DNA of 63,997 nucleotides, filler included. It is 7 parts of 7 records of this genome, joined end to end, with 100 filler letters (N's around TTAATTAATTAA, not from the genome) between each part and the next. Parts side by side here need not be neighbours in the genome. Positions count along the whole stretch, not along the records: positions 37,083 to 52,788 come from SRR31147125_42647; positions 52,889 to 58,624 come from SRR31147125_42663; 5 more parts are not named here. The stretch is one strand, 5' to 3'. The notes below the pieces were generated by a model, which saw only the letters and a list, made by a program, of their open reading frames with translations, ran no database searches and was not told the DNA's origin. Shown one piece after another: positions 42,614-53,579 of the stretch. A program made the position numbers and the translations under genes. Within the stretch, counting starts at the first letter, position 1, and the number at the start of each line of letters is the position of its first letter.

Positions 42614-42886
42614 AAGGTAACAGTAAAAACCAATAAATTATAAAAATGGACATCAGATTTCTTGAAATAATCCAAGCTTGAAATAAGAATTTGTTACAGA
42701 AATGACATCCTCTGTCACTATTCTAATATTTTCCAGTGGATATTTCTTTGCAGGAACTAAATCATTGCATCAGGCATTTTATAGTAACGATTTTGGTCAG
42801 AGTATTAAACGGATCCGAATATTCGTCTATTTAATGATTGAAGGAATAGTCCAACAAAAGATAGGTGCTATCTAATATAATCATAG

Positions 42887-43977
42887 GTTAGCCGTCAAGA
42901 GTGGGACTTTTAAATGAAGAAAATTATCTCGTCAATAATTTTAATTCTAATTGCTATCAATTTAAATTACTCCCAGGACGGAATATCAAAAAGTTGGAAA
43001 TACCTCGGTCAACCTCCACCAGGCAAAATAGCACAATTATTTGCTCCAGATATTATTAAGCACTTGGCTCATAGTAGTCCAACATTTACTCCAAATGGAA
43101 AAGAAATATATTGGTCTACAGTAAGCGAAAATAAAGGAACAAGAAAGATATATTATGTAAAATATGAAAATAACAGTTGGTCTAATCCAAAAATTGCACC
43201 ATTTTCCGGGAAATATCATGATGATCAGCCTTTTATTTCCTATGATGGTCAAAAGTTGTATTTTGCATCAAAACGTCCCAAAAATATAAATGGTCCACAG
43301 GAGATGGATATTTGGATTTCAAACAAAACAGATCAAGAATGGAGTGAACCGAAACCAATCTATAAATTGTCAGGATTTTGGACGCCATCAGTAACTCGCA
43401 CTGGTACAATATATTTTTTAGATATAATAGAAGAATTCAACGCTAAAGGCTATAAAAACCAGGATGGTATATTTAGATCACAATTAAAAAGTGCTGAATA
43501 TTCAACACCTGAATTCCTGCCAAAACAAATTAATCAAAAAGATTCTCGGAACTGGTGTCCATTTATTAATCTTGATGAAAGCTACTTAATATTCTCTTCG
43601 GATAGAGAAGGTGGATTTGGTTCAGGAGATTTATATATTTGTTTTAGAGATGAAAATGGTGAATGGTCAGAACCAATAAATATGGGAGAGTCAATAAATA
43701 CATCAAAACAAGAAAGATTCCCCGGAGTGTCTCCCGATGGTAAATATTTATTCTTTACAAGATGGTATGGGGCTCCAAATCTCCACGATTTGTATTGGAT
43801 AAATGCAGGAATAATTAGTGAATTAGCAAATCAAATTAAATGATTAAACGGCTAACACAAGCATGCACGGGGATAAAATGGCTATTCTTCATTTTAGTAA
43901 TATTCAGTGCATCTATATTGTTTTATTTTAAAAGTCAAGTGAGTAGGTCCAAGCCCTTTTTCCAGTGATACTCGTCG
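42887..43977 (+). mobile_element. Putative solitary integron gene cassette carrying the PD40 gene
   Basis: Starts G/TTAGCCGT; an attC-like structure follows the stop; gene is more AT-rich than its neighbours. Confidence 0.65.
42914..43843 (+). CDS. Secreted PD40/TolB-like beta-propeller protein
   Basis: YLGQPPPG..AQLFAP, PTFTPNGKEIY, PFISYDGQKLYF, FPGVSPDGKYLFF; signal peptide. Confidence 0.88.
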   Translation: MKKIISSIILILIAINLNYSQDGISKSWKYLGQPPPGKIAQLFAPDIIKHLAHSSPTFTPNGKEIYWSTVSENKGTRKIYYVKYENNSWSNPKIAPFSGKYHDDQPFISYDGQKLYFASKRPKNINGPQEMDIWISNKTDQEWSEPKPIYKLSGFWTPSVTRTGTIYFLDIIEEFNAKGYKNQDGIFRSQLKSAEYSTPEFLPKQINQKDSRNWCPFINLDESYLIFSSDREGGFGSGDLYICFRDENGEWSEPINMGESINTSKQERFPGVSPDGKYLFFTRWYGAPNLHDLYWINAGIISELANQIK

Positions 43978-43983
43978 TGCGTA
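43850..43983 (+). other. attC-like recombination site
   Basis: R'' GGCTAAC, 5-nt spacer, L'' CATGCACG ... L' AGTGATA, 6-nt spacer, then a degenerate R' GTGCGTA. Confidence 0.6.
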
Positions 43984-44100
43984 GCAGAGCGCAGGAGTTT
44001 TGAAGATGATTATTTAGCTACTTTCAGACGAATGAAAACGAGGACAATTCCAGACGATCATATTTTGGATGAATAAAATCAACATCGAAATAAGGACAAA

Positions 44101-46008
44101 TTGAACGATATTATCTTAAAAATATGGGATCATGGGGCAGCCGGGATGCAACATAATCAGTTTCCCGGTAAATGTTCATTTCTTCTCTTTCTGGCACTTT
44201 TTATTTTCGAAATGACCTGCCCACTTTTAAACACGGTTTTAAAGGCACAGGATCAAAAAGCACTTTCTTCGATAACATTTATTGATAATGATTCCATACC
44301 CGATAGTGAATTAGGCCGTCAGCTGATATTAAAACAGAATAGTTCACTGCGAAAAATACTTTTCTGGAAGGATCCACACCTGTTTAATGAAAATGTTCTT
44401 CAACAGGATATTGAAAAATTAAAAACATTTTATCAAACCGAAGGTTTTGTAAACATTCAAATCACACCACAAATCAAATCTGACCAGGACAAGGTACATC
44501 TAGAATATAATATAAATGAAGGGCCAGCCACGCTCGTAAAGTCGATCTCTTATCAGGTCACGTCACCTGATTCAAACATAGCGGCCAGAGCACATGAATT
44601 ATTAAATAAAATAGAACCAAAGCTAAAACTTAAAGAGAACAAACGCTTCCGGGACAGCGATTTTAAATCGGATGAAGGATTTATCGCCAGGGAATTCATC
44701 AATTTTGGTTTCCCGTATGTCGTATTGAGCTACAATCTCAATACTGTTCAAAAAGATCATGAGGTTCATGTTGTTTATACTATTATTACCGGCCCCCGTT
44801 GTGTTTTTGGAAAAGTGACGATAGAAGGCAATCTGCGATCCACACGTAAAGATATAATAAACCAGATGGCTTTTAAACAAAAGACCATTTTTTCAGAGGA
44901 ACTTTTACAAAAGTCTCAGAGACAAATATATCAGCTTGGTGTCTTTCAATATGTAACAGTTAAAGCAATGCTGGATGCAAAAGACAAAAATGTTATTCCG
45001 GTGCAGATCAATGTTAAAGAAGCGCCAACATGGACCAACAAGTTTGGTGTCGGGTATGGTAAGGAAGATAAATTCAGAACGTTTATCGAGTTTAAAAAAT
45101 ATGGTTTTTTAGGTAGCACTCGGCGGCTTGTATTAAATATTAAATATTCCGCATTGGAGCCTTATAATGTCAATTTAAAATGGATAAAGCCGGCCTTTCT
45201 GCATCCACGGGCCAGCCTGACAATCAATCCGTTTCTGCGCAAGGAAAAGGAGCCCGGATATACCATTAAAAAAATCGGCGGTAATATCACCTACCAACGC
45301 CAGTTAGCCACCTATACGGATGGATATATTAATTATAATCTGGAACAGGACGACCTGAGCATTTCAGAAATAACGCGTTTACAAGGTCTGGATGGTAGTG
45401 ATCTTTCTATCTATAACAAATCAAGTATAACCCTGGGAATAGCCCGGGACAATTCGACGCCGCCTTTTTCTCCACACCGTGGATGGTTTACATCAAGCAC
45501 ATTTACCTATTCAGGTCTTGGATTTAACAATGATTTTCATTATATGCAATTACTATTAGAAGCACGACACTATAAACAGATATCCTCAGGTTGGATTTTT
45601 GCCTCTAAAATAAAAATGGGTGCCATGGGACCGACACGTAAATATGAAGTAACACCTATTGAAGAACGGTTTTACGCCGGCGGTAGTTACTCTGTGCGGG
45701 GATGGCTGCGTTCGGAACTGGGCCCACAAAGTATGGAAGGTGTTCCCATAGGTGGCAACAGTCTGCTGGAAGGAAGCTGGGAGCTGCGTTTTCCGTTATG
45801 GAAATTGCTATCTGGAACCTGCTTTCTGGATTATGGCAACGTCTGGTCGCAAAAACTGACGTACAAGTTCTCTGATTTGCACTATGCCTTTGGTTTTGGG
45901 CTGCGTATTGCCACGCCAATCGGTCCGATCCGATTTGACCTGGCAAAACCCGTATTTGAAAGCGGCTTGCCGATTCAGTTTCATCTGAGTGTGGGACAGG
46001 CATTTTAA
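44101..46008 (+). CDS. Omp85/TamA-family outer-membrane protein; start uncertain
   Basis: POTRA-like repeats; RFYAGGSYSVRGW; TPIGPIRFDLA; terminal SVGQAF. Confidence 0.9.
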   Translation: MNDIILKIWDHGAAGMQHNQFPGKCSFLLFLALFIFEMTCPLLNTVLKAQDQKALSSITFIDNDSIPDSELGRQLILKQNSSLRKILFWKDPHLFNENVLQQDIEKLKTFYQTEGFVNIQITPQIKSDQDKVHLEYNINEGPATLVKSISYQVTSPDSNIAARAHELLNKIEPKLKLKENKRFRDSDFKSDEGFIAREFINFGFPYVVLSYNLNTVQKDHEVHVVYTIITGPRCVFGKVTIEGNLRSTRKDIINQMAFKQKTIFSEELLQKSQRQIYQLGVFQYVTVKAMLDAKDKNVIPVQINVKEAPTWTNKFGVGYGKEDKFRTFIEFKKYGFLGSTRRLVLNIKYSALEPYNVNLKWIKPAFLHPRASLTINPFLRKEKEPGYTIKKIGGNITYQRQLATYTDGYINYNLEQDDLSISEITRLQGLDGSDLSIYNKSSITLGIARDNSTPPFSPHRGWFTSSTFTYSGLGFNNDFHYMQLLLEARHYKQISSGWIFASKIKMGAMGPTRKYEVTPIEERFYAGGSYSVRGWLRSELGPQSMEGVPIGGNSLLEGSWELRFPLWKLLSGTCFLDYGNVWSQKLTYKFSDLHYAFGFGLRIATPIGPIRFDLAKPVFESGLPIQFHLSVGQAF

Positions 46009-46037
46009 AGCATTCAATTTTGTTTGAAGGATCGTTA

Positions 46038-49000
46038 GTGGTTAATAAAATTGTAAAAATAGCGGGATTCGTCGTCATTATTCTGATGGGTTTATTTATA
46101 CTGACGTTGCTGTTTACACAAACTCGGTTATTCAGGAACTGGCTCACGAACACTATTGAAAAACAAGTCAAAAAAAACCTGAATGCCGAATTGTCCATCG
46201 GCAGAATCGATGGTAACCTCTTACAAAATGTGCGTATTTCTCACGTGTCTCTCATGACTTCCGGGGACACACTGGCCACATTGGCATCGTTTTATCTGCA
46301 ATTTGATCCGACCAAAGCACTCAAAAAAGAAATTCATATCAAAGTCATAAATATCGATTCACTTGACCTTCGTCTTGAACAATTTCAAGACGCTACCTGG
46401 AATTTTCAACATCTGACAAAACCGGACCACACTCAGGATACAACAACAGTACAGGAACCCGGTTCCTTTAACTGGACAATAGATTTTAGCGATTTCAAAT
46501 TATCCCATTCGAATGTCTTCTTAGATACCAGTCAGGATCTGCCGATACCAATATCGATCAAAGATATCAATACACATTTATCATTAAAATATGCCAACGA
46601 AAAGTTGGCTGTGGATTTAAAAGATTTTCGTCTGCAAACCGCTAATCCCGAGTTGACGCTTAAGAGGCTAGGTTTTCAATCAACCATACAGGGAGAAACA
46701 GTCGAATTAAATAATCTGATTTTGCAAACAGCATCCAGTACTTTTACAGGCCAGGCCCTTTTAAATCCAACGACTCCCTCCTATAAAGTAACATTAAAAG
46801 CAGATCCAATCGATCTAAGTGAAATTACAAATTTTCTACCGACCTGGCCGTTGACAAATGCACCACATATAAATTTAGAATTAACGCAAAAGAAGAACAA
46901 GGCACAATTCCATATTCAGGTAAAAGAAACAACGCAAAAAATAGACCTGAGTGGCCAACTAACGGATATTAAAAAAGAACCGGCTTATAATGTAACATGT
47001 CAAATTGACAACCTGAATCTGGCTCAATGGTTTGATAATCCGGATATGATTTCGAATATTAATGGCGTCATCAATCTATCCGGAAAGGGAAAAACGCCGG
47101 AGGAGCTGACAGCGGCTTTACAGGCAACATTCTCAGATCTTGCTTTTCAAAAGTATATGGTAAACGATTTATCTGTAAATGGGGAATACTCCAGAGGTGA
47201 TGTAACTGCATGGACACAAGCAGCAACACCGTATGGAAAACTTTTACTGGAAACAGACATTAAAGATATAATGACAAAACAAAAATTTCAACTATCCAGC
47301 ACATTAGAAAAATTCGATTTAGCGAAACTGCTTCCTGAACAGAAACTGGAAACAGACATCAATCTGTCACTCAAAGCCAAAGGAGATGGATTTGATATTG
47401 CCAATAGCCAGACTGAAATTAAGTTAACCTCAACCAATTCTATCATAGCGGATATACCCATCGATTCCATTGGCACCTTTTTTACATTTGACAAGGGAAA
47501 ATTTAATATTCATAACCTGGATATTATTTCTCCTCTGGCACAGGTCACAGCAGAAGGAGCCGGGAACCTGAATTATATTGACTTTTTAAACTTTATACTT
47601 AAAACAAATGATTTGACACAGTTGAACAAGATTTCCAAATCAATTAATATAAATGGCCAGGGAGAATTTATCGGGGACATCACAGGTCCTGTTAACTCTC
47701 TCGAAACAGAAATCTCAACGGCATTACAGAATTTAGTCTATAACGACATAAAAATTAATGCGTTAAATTCTCACTCGACTCTCCTGCTTGAGGATAAGGA
47801 TATTTCAGGTGATTTTTCACTGTTTCTCCGCAACGGAAAAATAAATACGCTGACTCTGGATTCATTACGTCTCAATTCAAACATACAAAATAAAAATGTC
47901 ACATCCAGCCTTCAGTTCGCCATTATGGATTCAATCCGTGGGTCAATCCTGGCGAATATCACTCAGGACAGTGCTGTAACTATTCATCTTCCACAGGTTC
48001 AGCTGCAACTTGGTAGTAAAAATATGTGGAATAGTGATGATAAAGAGATGTCCATAAATCTTGGAAAAGATTATTTTACCTTTCATAATATAACACTCGT
48101 TTCTGAAAGCCAGAAAATGACTGTTGATGGCTATTTTAGCCCCTCATTAAATGAAAATATTTCTCTTCGCCTGAAGAATATAAAAGTAGGGCCGCTTATT
48201 TCACTCACCACTATAGGAGCACAATACCCGCTGAACGGTCTGGTGAACATGGATATCATCCTTTCCGGTACAGCGGAAAAGCCTACAATTAATGGCTCTT
48301 TAGATTTTGATCAGATTAGCTTAAACAAAATCCCTCAACCCCATTTTCGGGCTATTCTCAATTATAAAGACCAGGTTTTCAAATCAATGGCAACCCTGGA
48401 AGATAGTAAAACCGGCTCTGTAAAACTGGATGCCAGCTTGCCTGTTGAATTTTCATTGAGCAAGGGATTACTAAAAATTGATTCTACCCAGAGTATCGAT
48501 ATTTCACTCACATCCGAAGGACTGGATCTGGCATTTACTAATCCCTACCTCAAAAAAGCAGCAACGATTCAAGGTAAGTTACTGGCGGATTTAAAAATTG
48601 TCAATACCATCGCAGAACCACTTTTCTCCGGATTTGTAAAGACACAAAATGTGTCATTACAAAATAGCGTATATGGCATAAATTACCGTGATATTTTGCT
48701 AAATGCAGAAATCAATGAATCCAAAGCTGAAATAAATCCATTTTATATAAAATCAAAAGAGGGTGAATTAAAAGCCAGGGCGAGCATTGATTTTAGCCCC
48801 GGGCAACGTCTTTTGGAAGACAATAAAATCGATATATCTGTTAATATGAACAACTTTTTGGTCGCCCGTGGGAAACCCATGGAATTATATATTAACAGTC
48901 AGTTAGGTTTATCAGGCGTTTTAGATAGCCTGATTTATAGCGGTGAAATAGAAATCCCCAGATCCCGTTTCTATATACCTGCATTTCAGAGTGTGCAAAC

Positions 49001-49871
49001 AAATGCGGCTTCCAAATACAAACCTTTATTAGTACATGACGTTTCCAGGCACACAGCACTGGACACTAAGAAGGAAAAGGCAGACAATAGTGACATTACG
49101 AAAAAAATTTATGGTAAATTAAAACTAAAAATACCCCGAAACATGTGGATACGCAGTAAAGAATTAAATACTGAAATATCCGGCGAACTTGACATTATTA
49201 AAAACGGGCCGACTTTTGAACTTTTTGGTACCATTAAAACCTTGCGGGGAACATACAACATTTATGGTAAAAGGCTTGAAGTTAAGGAGGGAACTGTTAC
49301 CTTCAAGGGAGGTGATCAAATGAATCCTGATGTGAATTTAATATCACATTATACTTTTCGGGATTCAGAAGGCAACAAAAGCACTCTTACTCTGGAGGCC
49401 ACTGGCGAGGCTCTTAAACCCAATATTTCCTTCGCTATCAATGGTACGCCTATAGAGGAAAAGGATGGAATCTCTTATCTTTTATTTGGCAAAAGTTCAA
49501 ATGGCCTGAGCCGTCATGAAAAATCTCAGGTAGCAGAAAGTGGCGGCAGTAGTGCAAGAATGTCCCAAATTTTGACTGGCAGAGTAACAGGGCAAATTAC
49601 GGCATTTTTACAGAAAACATTCAATGTGGATGTCATTGAATTCAGAGGCGGGGAAAACTGGCGACAGGGCGCAATTGTCGTCGGTAAATATCTAACCAAT
49701 GATCTTTATATGAATTATGAGAGGGAATTCAATTTAGGTCAGTCTCACGAAATGATTCCGGAAAAGGTTTCTCTCGAGTATGAGATAAATCCGCATTTCT
49801 TTCTGCAGGCAACCAAAGGCGATGATAAAACCACAGGATTTGATCTCATCTGGAAGGTGGTAAAAAAGTAA
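46038..49871 (+). CDS. TamB-family translocation/assembly module protein
   Basis: N-terminal TM anchor, beta-rich body, C-terminal DUF490-like ISYLLFGK and VGKYLTNDLY; follows the TamA-like gene. Confidence 0.87.
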   Translation: MVNKIVKIAGFVVIILMGLFILTLLFTQTRLFRNWLTNTIEKQVKKNLNAELSIGRIDGNLLQNVRISHVSLMTSGDTLATLASFYLQFDPTKALKKEIHIKVINIDSLDLRLEQFQDATWNFQHLTKPDHTQDTTTVQEPGSFNWTIDFSDFKLSHSNVFLDTSQDLPIPISIKDINTHLSLKYANEKLAVDLKDFRLQTANPELTLKRLGFQSTIQGETVELNNLILQTASSTFTGQALLNPTTPSYKVTLKADPIDLSEITNFLPTWPLTNAPHINLELTQKKNKAQFHIQVKETTQKIDLSGQLTDIKKEPAYNVTCQIDNLNLAQWFDNPDMISNINGVINLSGKGKTPEELTAALQATFSDLAFQKYMVNDLSVNGEYSRGDVTAWTQAATPYGKLLLETDIKDIMTKQKFQLSSTLEKFDLAKLLPEQKLETDINLSLKAKGDGFDIANSQTEIKLTSTNSIIADIPIDSIGTFFTFDKGKFNIHNLDIISPLAQVTAEGAGNLNYIDFLNFILKTNDLTQLNKISKSININGQGEFIGDITGPVNSLETEISTALQNLVYNDIKINALNSHSTLLLEDKDISGDFSLFLRNGKINTLTLDSLRLNSNIQNKNVTSSLQFAIMDSIRGSILANITQDSAVTIHLPQVQLQLGSKNMWNSDDKEMSINLGKDYFTFHNITLVSESQKMTVDGYFSPSLNENISLRLKNIKVGPLISLTTIGAQYPLNGLVNMDIILSGTAEKPTINGSLDFDQISLNKIPQPHFRAILNYKDQVFKSMATLEDSKTGSVKLDASLPVEFSLSKGLLKIDSTQSIDISLTSEGLDLAFTNPYLKKAATIQGKLLADLKIVNTIAEPLFSGFVKTQNVSLQNSVYGINYRDILLNAEINESKAEINPFYIKSKEGELKARASIDFSPGQRLLEDNKIDISVNMNNFLVARGKPMELYINSQLGLSGVLDSLIYSGEIEIPRSRFYIPAFQSVQTNAASKYKPLLVHDVSRHTALDTKKEKADNSDITKKIYGKLKLKIPRNMWIRSKELNTEISGELDIIKNGPTFELFGTIKTLRGTYNIYGKRLEVKEGTVTFKGGDQMNPDVNLISHYTFRDSEGNKSTLTLEATGEALKPNISFAINGTPIEEKDGISYLLFGKSSNGLSRHEKSQVAESGGSSARMSQILTGRVTGQITAFLQKTFNVDVIEFRGGENWRQGAIVVGKYLTNDLYMNYEREFNLGQSHEMIPEKVSLEYEINPHFFLQATKGDDKTTGFDLIWKVVKK

Positions 49872-49957
49872 TATCGTTTTTAAATTTCACACTGATCTTT
49901 TGATACCTGCTCGTGCATAATGGGATTTTTATCTACAATCACATTTCAGGCACAAGA

Positions 49958-50992
49958 TTATTCTTTTTTAATATTTCGTCCGATTTCACGGTGTATTAAA
50001 TTTGTGTCTATTATGATATCTTTATTTTTTTCAGATTTCTCTTCGTTTTCAATTAAATTGATTAACAATTCAACCGATGTTTTTCCCATTTGATACGGAT
50101 TCTGGTTTACTGTAATATAGGGAACTCCAAGACGTCCAACGTTATAATTATCTCCAAATTCTGCCAGAATCATATCATCTGGTATAGAGTATTGAGATTC
50201 CAGAACAGCCTTTCCGGCACCATAGGCAACCATACCGCCCACGCAAAGGATGGCATCCGGACGAATACCTTTATCTAACGTTTCCCTCATAGTATTGTAA
50301 CTGTTTATCTCATCCAGCTCACTTTGAACAACAAGATTCGCATCAAAAGCGATGCCATGATGTTTTAAAGCATCCAGATAACCGTTATATCGATCTTTGG
50401 CAAGTGAGATGCCCTCCCGGGGACCCAGGAAAAGGATTTCCCTCCTACCCTCTTTAATGATATCTGATGCCAGTTCAAAAGCAGCTTTGCGATCATCAAC
50501 CGTAACAGAATTAAAATCAAATTCATCTAATTTACGATCATAGCATACGATGGTGATTCCTTCTTCATCCAACTGTTTATAAAGGTCAAAGTTGCTATCA
50601 CCCGACACATGATCCAACAAAATACCATCAACATGCAGATCTGATAAAAACTCTAAATTTCTTCTTTCATTTTCTGCGTTTTCATCGTTCACCATAAGGA
50701 TGGCTGTATATCCTTTTAAACGCGCAAGCTCATAGATTCCACGGGATACTTCAGAAAAAAATGAGATGCGTAAATCCGGAATAATAACGCCTATTAAAAA
50801 GCTGCGTTGTTGAATGAGTGTTCGCGCCATGATATTGGGCCGATATCCCATTTCACGGGCCAGGTCTTTTACTTTTTTTCGCATTTCTTCAGAGATATCT
50901 GAACGATCACGAAGAGCTTTTGAAATAGTGGCTGTTGTCACTCCAAGCGTTTCAGCCAGAGTTTTAAGAGTCACCTTTCGTCTATAATACAT
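49958..50992 (-). CDS. LacI-family transcriptional regulator
   Basis: VTLKTLAETLGVTTATISKAL...GYRPN; SIPDDM. Confidence 0.93.
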   Translation of the reverse strand: MYYRRKVTLKTLAETLGVTTATISKALRDRSDISEEMRKKVKDLAREMGYRPNIMARTLIQQRSFLIGVIIPDLRISFFSEVSRGIYELARLKGYTAILMVNDENAENERRNLEFLSDLHVDGILLDHVSGDSNFDLYKQLDEEGITIVCYDRKLDEFDFNSVTVDDRKAAFELASDIIKEGRREILFLGPREGISLAKDRYNGYLDALKHHGIAFDANLVVQSELDEINSYNTMRETLDKGIRPDAILCVGGMVAYGAGKAVLESQYSIPDDMILAEFGDNYNVGRLGVPYITVNQNPYQMGKTSVELLINLIENEEKSEKNKDIIIDTNLIHREIGRNIKKE

Positions 50993-51056
50993 TTCTTTTC
51001 CCCATAGCAGTTATTTTGTCCAACATGCTTTTGATCATTTTTCGATAATAATAAGC

Positions 51057-51096
51057 CAAAAAGCTAGAGTGTTTTGATGGTCACTCTAGCTTTTTG
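51057..51096. terminator. Intrinsic terminator after the permease operon
   Basis: CAAAAAGCTAGAGTG...CACTCTAGCTTTTTG. Confidence 0.8.
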
Positions 51097-51121
51097 ACAT
51101 AATTACATAAATAACAATCGA

Positions 51122-51301
51122 TTAATTTTGCTCTACCTTTTTATTCATCCAAAATGGCGCTGTACAGAACCATATTAATGTTCCTATGAACATAAGTGTT
51201 TTATGGCTGTCCAAAGAAATCACCCCCGAAAATACAAGAAAAGATGGAAGCAATGTCAGAACAAGACCAATATAAGATAAAAGTTTAAGTGCTGATTTCA
51301 T
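51122..51301 (-). CDS. Small 2-TM membrane protein, 59 aa, absent from the ORF track
   Basis: MKSALKLLSYIGLVLTLLPSFLVFSGVISLDSHKTLMFIGTLIWFCTAPFWMNKKVEQN; ATGA overlap with the permease stop; GGAGG RBS. Confidence 0.8.
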   Translation of the reverse strand: MKSALKLLSYIGLVLTLLPSFLVFSGVISLDSHKTLMFIGTLIWFCTAPFWMNKKVEQN

Positions 51302-52710
51302 GCGGTTACCCTCCCTTCTGAGGATGCGGATTTCTGGATTACTTTACTGAAAACAAGGTACAAAGCGGCCGCAACAAACCAGCCCGGTAATCCAAGAAAA
51401 AAGATCTCTATTCCAACAACACGATTTAATACCAAACTCACAACAAGTGTTAAAATCCATGCGATTGCAGCAGCCAGGTTAAAACTTTTACCATATGTCT
51501 CTGCATAATTTGATTTTAAACCCATCTTTGGAATGATATAAAAATCCATCATAATGACGGCGCCCATGGGCATGAGAACCAGGCCATACAAAGCAACAAA
51601 ATCCAACAATTTCATCACCAGAGCCGGGAAACAGGAGGCTAACGTTGTGATCGCACCAACGACAAGGGTCACACGCCATGTCTTCCATTTCGGGCGAATA
51701 GATTGTAAGGCTAATCCTGCACGGTAAATGGTCGGATTAGCAGTGGTCCATCCGGCTATGATAACACATATGGCACCAGCAAGACCAGCTGCCCTGTAAG
51801 CCACAGGACCGGGAGCAAATTCAGTACTAAAATTTGATTCCAGTAAAAACAGGGAGTAAAGAATACCTGAAGCGACCCAGGCAATATAATGTCCGACATA
51901 CATACCTGTAGCAGACGAAAATCCATAGTACCATTTCTTTGCATATCTCAAAATAGAAAGATCCGCCATGCCGATATGCATGGCCATATTACAGAACCAG
52001 GCAAAAAACAAAACATGCCAGAAAGTAAATTTGCTTTGTCCCTCCAAAGGAGTTCCGGTCCAGATGGTGTCATTGGCTTTACCCCAAAAATCCGAGATGG
52101 AATGAACACCTAATTCCGGTAAAACCGCAACAGCAGCACCGACAAAAACCAGAATCATCCATGGAGCTGCAATATTTGCAAAACGGGACACCAGATTATA
52201 TCCAAACATGGCTACAATTGTGGTAACAGCACCCACCACAACGACTGCCACGATCCATCCAATACTATTTGGCAACCAGTCATTTAATGCTGGCATAGAC
52301 AAGCCAAAAGGAATACCCACTGCTGTCGCTGACACGGCAATCATGGCACCTGCCAGGAAGCAGAACATAAGCGCATTGACGAGATTATAAACCACAGTCA
52401 ATTTCGAGCCACATATTTTGTCTAACAGATAATAGAGCGTGATTCGGGCTTTTGTAGCAATGGGGCCGGTCAGAAAGGCCCAGCTTAATACAGCCAGAAG
52501 ATTTCCAAACAATAAACCCAAAATGAGATCACCGGCTGCAGCGCCATGTGCTACAAACAGGGGGCCAATAACAAATTCTGTTCCAGCCGTATGTTCGCCA
52601 GCGTACATGCCAATAAAACTTCCCCACCCTTTCCATTTCTCTTTTGGCACAGGCTTACGTTCGAATTCTTCTACCGAATCCAGCTGTTTGACGAGTCCTT
52701 TTTCTTCCAT
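51298..52710 (-). CDS. Purine-cytosine permease-like (NCS1/CodB-related) transporter
   Basis: About 12 TM segments; EEFERKPV, YAGEHTAGTEFVIG, AGWTTANPTIY. Confidence 0.8.
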   Translation of the reverse strand: MEEKGLVKQLDSVEEFERKPVPKEKWKGWGSFIGMYAGEHTAGTEFVIGPLFVAHGAAAGDLILGLLFGNLLAVLSWAFLTGPIATKARITLYYLLDKICGSKLTVVYNLVNALMFCFLAGAMIAVSATAVGIPFGLSMPALNDWLPNSIGWIVAVVVVGAVTTIVAMFGYNLVSRFANIAAPWMILVFVGAAVAVLPELGVHSISDFWGKANDTIWTGTPLEGQSKFTFWHVLFFAWFCNMAMHIGMADLSILRYAKKWYYGFSSATGMYVGHYIAWVASGILYSLFLLESNFSTEFAPGPVAYRAAGLAGAICVIIAGWTTANPTIYRAGLALQSIRPKWKTWRVTLVVGAITTLASCFPALVMKLLDFVALYGLVLMPMGAVIMMDFYIIPKMGLKSNYAETYGKSFNLAAAIAWILTLVVSLVLNRVVGIEIFFLGLPGWFVAAALYLVFSKVIQKSASSEGRVTA

Positions 52711-52788
52711 ACGCAGTTTCCTTTACTTTGAGATTTAAAATGGTTTATCTGGTTCAAGGTCCTTTTTGGACCAACCTTTTCTAAAAAA

Positions 52789-52888
52789 NNNNNNNNNNNN
52801 NNNNNNNNNNNNNNNNNNNNNNNNNNNNNNNNTTAATTAATTAANNNNNNNNNNNNNNNNNNNNNNNNNNNNNNNNNNNNNNNNNNNN
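52789..52888. other. Artificial contig spacer
   Basis: N run + TTAATTAATTAA + N run. Confidence 0.99.
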
Positions 52889-52934
52889 GGCACATTTAAA
52901 TGGACGATAGAAGAAAAGTAATGGTGATTCCGTA

Positions 52935-53579
52935 TTGAAAAAAATTATTTTACTACTTTATATTTTTCAGTCAGGATTATTAACCTGTTCAAAAAATCCT
53001 GTTGACTATTGGAATACCGAATTTTTTGATGATGGTTCCTTTTACTATTATGAAGGAGAACCAATAACCCTGTATCCGAGTAAACACCTTGTTTCGGTAA
53101 AATTCAGAGAAAATTTATCCGCTCAGGAAGCGGAAACATTAGCAGCCCGGTATCATTTATCACTCTTTCATGATCTCTATCAGGGAACTCCTGATTTTGA
53201 AAATATTGTCAGACTAAAGATACCTCTGATCTATAAAATCTCTCCGGAAACGTTGTTAGAAGTGGTTGTCACCAAATATCCAAGGACGGCAGGGTATTCA
53301 AATTTTGGCCATCATCCGGACGTCATATATTGTAATAAAAGTTATACAACCGATAAACCGGGACGTTACTATAGCCGTGTTTTTCTGTCAGATCAACTCA
53401 TTATACATTCAAAAGCAGATACTAGTCGAATTGATATATTATTAAAGGAATATCACCTGGTAGATCTTAAAAGTTCCTATATAGGACAGTATAACTATGT
53501 GCTACAGCTCACAGATGAATCACCAAAAAACACACTGGAACTTGTGAAAGAATTATACGGGCTGGATTTTATCACATGA
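52935..53579 (+). CDS. Putative lipoprotein resembling S8-peptidase N-terminal/prodomain regions; stop may be premature
   Basis: Lipobox-like LLTC; FYYYEGEPITL; the frame continues past TGA as AEPNF. Confidence 0.55.
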   Translation: MKKIILLLYIFQSGLLTCSKNPVDYWNTEFFDDGSFYYYEGEPITLYPSKHLVSVKFRENLSAQEAETLAARYHLSLFHDLYQGTPDFENIVRLKIPLIYKISPETLLEVVVTKYPRTAGYSNFGHHPDVIYCNKSYTTDKPGRYYSRVFLSDQLIIHSKADTSRIDILLKEYHLVDLKSSYIGQYNYVLQLTDESPKNTLELVKELYGLDFIT

